NCBI GenBank assembly: GCA_039679675.1
Contig: JBDKUN010000046.1
Coordinates: 1 to 49,904 of the forward strand
Length of the DNA stretch: 49,904 nucleotides
Direction of reading: 5' to 3'
Source: Armatimonadota bacterium
GTDB taxonomy: Bacteria > Armatimonadota > UBA5829 > DTLH01
Numbering within the stretch: position 1 is the first letter of the stretch; every line of letters begins with the position of its first letter. Shown piece after piece: positions 45,493-49,904 of this stretch. A program made the translations under genes and the position numbers. A model generated the notes under the pieces. It was not told where the DNA came from and searched no databases. It worked only from the letters and a program-made list of their open reading frames with translations.

Positions 45493-46560
45493 TTAGAGAG
45501 ATCCTTCCCAAACCAGCTTTGCGAGCTTGTCTTTTTCAGCCTGAGCGATGTCATCCGGGACTTCTTGACCATAGGTTACGTAAGAAAACGGCAAAAGCGA
45601 GTTCGCCGAAAGGCTCAGAATGCATCCTGCCTGCGGACACTCGTCAAGTTTTGTCAGTATAAGCCTGTTAGCGGCTAAAGTGCTGAAGCTTTCTATCGCC
45701 TCTTTCTGCACGGCTTGGCTTGATGACGCTGAAACCACAAGATGCACCTCGGTGGGCGCAGCAGCGCGGACGAAGCGAGCAAGTTCAGCCAGATGCCCCA
45801 TATTTCTCTGGCTTCGTCCGACGGTATCGATTATGATCAGGTCTTTGTCCCTGTGCTTGCTTGTAAGCAGGTCAACATCCTCCGGGCAGAGAGCAACTTC
45901 AAACGGGATATTCAGTATTCTGGAGTATGTCCCCAACTGATCCACCGCAGCGACCCTGTAGGTATCCAGAGTTATCATAGCAACGTTCTTTTTGTATACC
46001 AGCGAATACTGCGCCGCGAGCTTCGCAGCTGTAGTTGTTTTGCCGACGCCCGTCGGGCCGACAAGGACCACTCTAGCCTGCCTCGGACCGCACATTATCG
46101 GGCCAGAAACATTGATCCTGCGTGCAAGTATGTTTAATATAACATCAGAATCTTTAGCAGACCTGCACTCGGATGCCAGCAGTTCAGCCAGCGTATCGGT
46201 TACACCGTTCTTTACAAGCCTTTCGAATACCGGCGATGGTTCGGGCTCTGCAGGAGCACTTGTACGCTCGTTTTCCAGCCTTGCCAGAATATGCTTGATG
46301 TCCGTTATCTGCTGGGTTACGGTCTCAAGACCGCTCCCGGCAGTCACATTCGCAGGGACCGGCTTCACGCTTGGCTGAGCCGGTATCACAGGAGTATCCG
46401 CTGCAGCCAAAATCTCGACGCTTTGTCTGCGGCCAAACCCCATCATGGCGGGCTCATCGCACTGCTTTGTATGCAGCACGGTCACGTTATCGCCCAACTG
46501 CCGTCTCGCTTCCGCGAGAGCATCATGCATATTGCGGGATTTTATCTTTAGAATCTTCAT
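45493..46560 (-). CDS. flhF: SRP-family GTPase FlhF
   Basis: GPTGVGKTTT, DTYR, DTVGRS, TKLDE, GQEVPDDI. Confidence 0.93.
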   Translation of the reverse strand: MKILKIKSRNMHDALAEARRQLGDNVTVLHTKQCDEPAMMGFGRRQSVEILAAADTPVIPAQPSVKPVPANVTAGSGLETVTQQITDIKHILARLENERTSAPAEPEPSPVFERLVKNGVTDTLAELLASECRSAKDSDVILNILARRINVSGPIMCGPRQARVVLVGPTGVGKTTTAAKLAAQYSLVYKKNVAMITLDTYRVAAVDQLGTYSRILNIPFEVALCPEDVDLLTSKHRDKDLIIIDTVGRSQRNMGHLAELARFVRAAAPTEVHLVVSASSSQAVQKEAIESFSTLAANRLILTKLDECPQAGCILSLSANSLLPFSYVTYGQEVPDDIAQAEKDKLAKLVWEGSL

Positions 46561-48631
46561 TGGTAAAGGTCACCATACCTACTGTTTCGAGCTTCACGCC
46601 GGAAGATAACTCGTTGTAGGACAGTACAGCAAGCGTCGACGACATTCGTTCCGCAAGACGCTTGTAATGGATTCTCACTCTCGGTGAGCAGAAAGCTACA
46701 GGCTGATAACCTGCCATTGCCATCCGCTCCATCTGCACTTTCGTGCCGTCAAGGACTCTCTGCACGGTGCCGGGATCGATAATAAGCTGGATTCCTGCAT
46801 CTGTCTGCCTCAAACCATCTGCTATAACCTGCTCGACCGAAGGATCGAGCGCAAAGACTCTGACTACCCCATCCGCGGACTGATACTGCTTTGTTATCTG
46901 CCTTGCGAGTCCCTGGCGCACGTATTCTGTCAAAATATCGATGTCCCGCGTAATTCTGGCTGTATCAGCCAGGGTCTCAAGGATCGATGCAAGGTCTTTT
47001 ACCGATACACGCTCCGCCAGGAGATTCTGAAGGACCTTCTGAACGTCACTAACCGTTAGGAGCTGAGGTATCAGTTCATCCACCACAGCAGGAGATTGAG
47101 CTTTCAGGTTATCAAGAAGAGCCTGAGTATCCTGTCTCGTCAGTATCTCGCTCGCATACTTTCTTATAAGCTCAGTCAAATGCGTTACAAGGACAGTAAG
47201 CGGATCAACGACCGTATAACCGGACATTTCAGCCTCAGTCTTTTGTATATCAGTGATCCAGGTAGCCGGAAGCCCGAAAGCAGGTTCGGTAGTCTCTTTC
47301 CCACTGAGCGTGCCTATGGCCGTCCCCGGATTCATTGCAAGCTGCTGACCGGGATAAACCTCCCCGGAGGCTATTTCCAAGCCTCTCAACTTAACGCTGT
47401 AAACATTCGGTCTCAGTTGCAGATTGTCTCTGACCCTTATGGCAGGGACAATCAGACCCAGTTCCATCGCAGCATGACGTCTTACAGCGGTAATACGTTC
47501 AAGCAGATCGCCGCCCTGTTTAGGATCAGCAAGCGGAATAAGCCCGTAGCCAAGTTCTACCTCTATCGGATCGACTACAAGCAGATCAGTCATAGATTCC
47601 GGTTTCTTGGGAGCTTCCGGTGCTGTCTTGGGAGCAGCTGCCTTAGCTGTCGATTGCTGTTTCAGCATACGCGCCATTCCAGCGCCGCCAGCGGCGACGA
47701 GAAGGAACGGAATCTTGGGCAAACCCGGAATGAGCGCGAAAACACCGCAGATACCTGCAGTCACCATCATCGCCTTTGGCTGTGACGTGAGTTCTCTGAT
47801 CATATCATTACCGAGACTGCTCTCGGATGCGGACTTGGTAACCATAAGGCCGGTTGCACTCGATATAAGGAGCGCAGGAATTTGAGTAACCAACCCCTGG
47901 CCGATGGTGAGAAGCGTATAAGTCTGCAAAGCCGACATGAAATCCATGTGCCGCTGGATAACACCGATCAGGAACCCGCCGAGTATGTTTATGATGATCA
48001 TGATGATGGAAGCGATCGAATCGCCCCGGACAAACTTGCTGGCACCATCCATAGCTCCGTAGAAATCGGCTTCCCGCGAAACAGTTTTCCGGCGTTTCTT
48101 TGCTTCTTTGTCATCAATGATCCCTGCGTTCAGATCGGCATCGATGGCCATCTGCTTTCCAGGCATGGCGTCCAAAGTAAACCTGGCAGCGACTTCTGCG
48201 ACCCTTCCCGTGCCGTTCGTGATAACGACAAACTGCACAATGACGAGGATTATGAAAACAACGAGCCCTACTATATAATTTCCACCGACTACGACCGAAC
48301 CGAATGCGCCTATTACCGCACCGGCGCTCCCGTTAATGAGAATCAACCTCGTAGCAGCGATATTCAGCGATAATCTGAAGAGAGTTGATATAAGCAGCAT
48401 GGACGGAAATGACGCAAACTCCAGAGGCTGAACGCTGTAGATCGTCACCAGAAGAATCGTCAGCGCCATGGTGATATTGAGCGTAAGAAGCACGTCGAGC
48501 AACCACTGAGGCATAGGCATAATCATCATGCCAATGACTACAATGGCTGCCATTGCCACAAGCAGATCGTTGTGCTTCGTTATCTCTGCAAAGTTCACCG
48601 ATTTAGTTTTCGTTGCTGCTTTTACTGCCAT
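46523..48631 (-). CDS. flhA: Flagellar export gate protein FlhA
   Basis: FPSMLLISTLFRL, RVAEVAARFTLDAMPGKQMAIDADL, DFYGAMDGASKFVRGD, LTEYVRQ. Confidence 0.98.
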   Translation of the reverse strand: MAVKAATKTKSVNFAEITKHNDLLVAMAAIVVIGMMIMPMPQWLLDVLLTLNITMALTILLVTIYSVQPLEFASFPSMLLISTLFRLSLNIAATRLILINGSAGAVIGAFGSVVVGGNYIVGLVVFIILVIVQFVVITNGTGRVAEVAARFTLDAMPGKQMAIDADLNAGIIDDKEAKKRRKTVSREADFYGAMDGASKFVRGDSIASIIMIIINILGGFLIGVIQRHMDFMSALQTYTLLTIGQGLVTQIPALLISSATGLMVTKSASESSLGNDMIRELTSQPKAMMVTAGICGVFALIPGLPKIPFLLVAAGGAGMARMLKQQSTAKAAAPKTAPEAPKKPESMTDLLVVDPIEVELGYGLIPLADPKQGGDLLERITAVRRHAAMELGLIVPAIRVRDNLQLRPNVYSVKLRGLEIASGEVYPGQQLAMNPGTAIGTLSGKETTEPAFGLPATWITDIQKTEAEMSGYTVVDPLTVLVTHLTELIRKYASEILTRQDTQALLDNLKAQSPAVVDELIPQLLTVSDVQKVLQNLLAERVSVKDLASILETLADTARITRDIDILTEYVRQGLARQITKQYQSADGVVRVFALDPSVEQVIADGLRQTDAGIQLIIDPGTVQRVLDGTKVQMERMAMAGYQPVAFCSPRVRIHYKRLAERMSSTLAVLSYNELSSGVKLETVGMVTFTNEDSKDKIPQYA

Positions 48632-48682
48632 AATGTCCTTAACTAAGATTGAATTCAGTATTCTGTATAACTACAGCAATTT

Positions 48683-49756
48683 CTATGCCGCGTTGTGTTT
48701 TCCGGCCTTTTTGCTCAACTGGTAGACGTATGCGAGCATCTCGGCTACAGCCTGATAAAGGTCTTCTGGGATAGGTTGCCCCACCTCCACATTTTTATAG
48801 AGGAACCTTGCCACAGGAGGATTTTCGATTATCGGCACTCCATTAGCCGTCGCAACTTCTCTGATCTTAAACGCGAGGAGCCTTTGCCCCTTTGCCAGAA
48901 CAATCGGAGCCGCCATTTTGCTCGGATCATACTGAATTGCAACAGAAAAGTGTGTCGGGTTCGTCACTACAAAGTCCGCCTTGGCTACGTCCTGGATCAT
49001 CCTGTGCCTGGCCATCTCTCTCTGCCTTTGCCTGATCTTAGATTTTATCTGTGGATCTCCTTCAGACCGTTTGTACTCTTCTTTAACTTCCTGTTTGGTC
49101 ATCTTTATCGATTGCTCGAACTGTATCCGCTGATACATATAGTCCAGTATCCCAATGACCAGCATAACAATAGATCCACGGCTGACCAGCTTCCAGCCTA
49201 AGGTCGTAACAGTATCAACCATTGCCGAAGGAGACAGCCCCGCAAGATCAAGCAGGACTGGATACTCGCCCTTAAGAAATGTATAAATGAAGTATGATAC
49301 TACCCCGACCTTGGCTATAGACTTGAGCAGTTCAATAAGTGAACGCCCGGCAAATAGTCTGGCGAGACCTTTTATCGGGTCGATACGGTTGAGGTCCGGT
49401 GCTATTGCCTTGGGTGTCACCCTGAACCCCACCTGAAGCACATTCGCGGCTATTCCAACCACCGCAGTTACAGCCATAATCGGCAAGCAAAGGCGGAAAA
49501 ACTGCAGGCCGTAAGTTATAGCAAGCGGGCGCAAGGTATTGATAGTAAGTTCATTGTGGTGCAGGTTAGATAAAGATTGTCGCATCATGCTGGACATTCC
49601 GTTCATCAGATAGGGTCCTGCACTCTTCATAAGGAGAAGCGAAAACAGCAGTCCAGCCGCAGATACCAGGTCATTGCTTTGGGCGACCTTGCCTTCCTTT
49701 CGAGCCTCTTCACGCCTGCGCGGGCTCGCGGCCTCTGTTTTATCCTGCATTGCCAC
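48683..49756 (-). CDS. flhB: Flagellar export switch protein FlhB
   Basis: DKTEAASPRR, MTKQEVKEEYKRSEGDP, autocleavage motif TNPTH, LYQAVAEML. Confidence 0.97.
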   Translation of the reverse strand: MAMQDKTEAASPRRREEARKEGKVAQSNDLVSAAGLLFSLLLMKSAGPYLMNGMSSMMRQSLSNLHHNELTINTLRPLAITYGLQFFRLCLPIMAVTAVVGIAANVLQVGFRVTPKAIAPDLNRIDPIKGLARLFAGRSLIELLKSIAKVGVVSYFIYTFLKGEYPVLLDLAGLSPSAMVDTVTTLGWKLVSRGSIVMLVIGILDYMYQRIQFEQSIKMTKQEVKEEYKRSEGDPQIKSKIRQRQREMARHRMIQDVAKADFVVTNPTHFSVAIQYDPSKMAAPIVLAKGQRLLAFKIREVATANGVPIIENPPVARFLYKNVEVGQPIPEDLYQAVAEMLAYVYQLSKKAGKHNAA

Positions 49757-49815
49757 TTAAATGATGCTCCTGAATTACTAAGTAACATCCTGTCTTAATG
49801 GCAGACCAGCTTGAT

Positions 49816-49895
49816 GTAGTGGCCGGTCTCCGTGCCGGCCATCTACCCCGTGGACCCACCGGACCACGGGGAGTTCTGCAAGAGCCGGACTCTAC
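49816..49895. repeat. GTAG-tagged REP-like palindromes upstream of flhB
   Basis: GTAGTGGCCGGTCTCCGTGCCGGCCA (49816-49841), hairpin CCCCGTGG...CCACGGGG (49846-49871), and a CTAC-ending half GAGCCGGACTCTAC (49882-49895). Confidence 0.55.
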
Positions 49896-49904
49896 CCATG
49901 GCTG

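Noticed and set aside
46523..46560. 38-nt flhA/flhF overlap as a programmed frameshift or fusion
   Set aside because: Both genes are complete; a short C-terminal extension with translational coupling explains it.
793..49798. Numerous overlapping antisense or alternate-frame ORFs in the ORF track (e.g. 20871-21545, 47096-47785, 25370-26008)
   Set aside because: They are shadows of well-supported genes, with no recognisable motifs or RBS.

Overview
Bacterial genomic window from a flagellated diderm. L/P-ring genes occur together with FliW, FlhF/FlhG and short flagellins; a Terrabacteria-type diderm such as Armatimonadota is plausible, but that is inference only. Left to right: (1) the 3' end and right terminus of an IS1-family element that the ORF track misses, then pstB-phoU flanked by near-identical REP-like palindrome composites, then miaB. 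(2) A 731-aa unknown protein and a ~16 kb LacI/XRE-regulated carbohydrate/amine catabolic island: DUF4838-like hydrolase, amidohydrolase, two DegT-type and one class-III aminotransferase, two Gfo/Idh/MocA dehydrogenases, SGNH esterase, M20 deacylase, a non-pyrrolysine MttB-family methyltransferase, a Hyi-like isomerase and a xylose isomerase-like enzyme. (3) A five-gene cassette (pyruvyltransferase, CapK/PaaK-like ligase, three tandem paralogous GNAT/Fem-like proteins) directly upstream of (4) a large flagellar cluster: flgFGAHIJMNKL-fliW-fliC1-fliD-fliS-orf-M14 peptidase-fliC2, convergent with flhBAFG-orf-fliA-orf-orf. Most notable: the triple-GNAT/ligase/pyruvyltransferase cassette, the possible aminocyclitol or N-methyl-amino-sugar catabolic island, and a GGA-rich structured non-coding element sitting where csrA usually lies between fliW and flagellin. 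No rRNA, tRNA or CRISPR array was seen. All functional calls come from motif reading by eye; no database searches were run.
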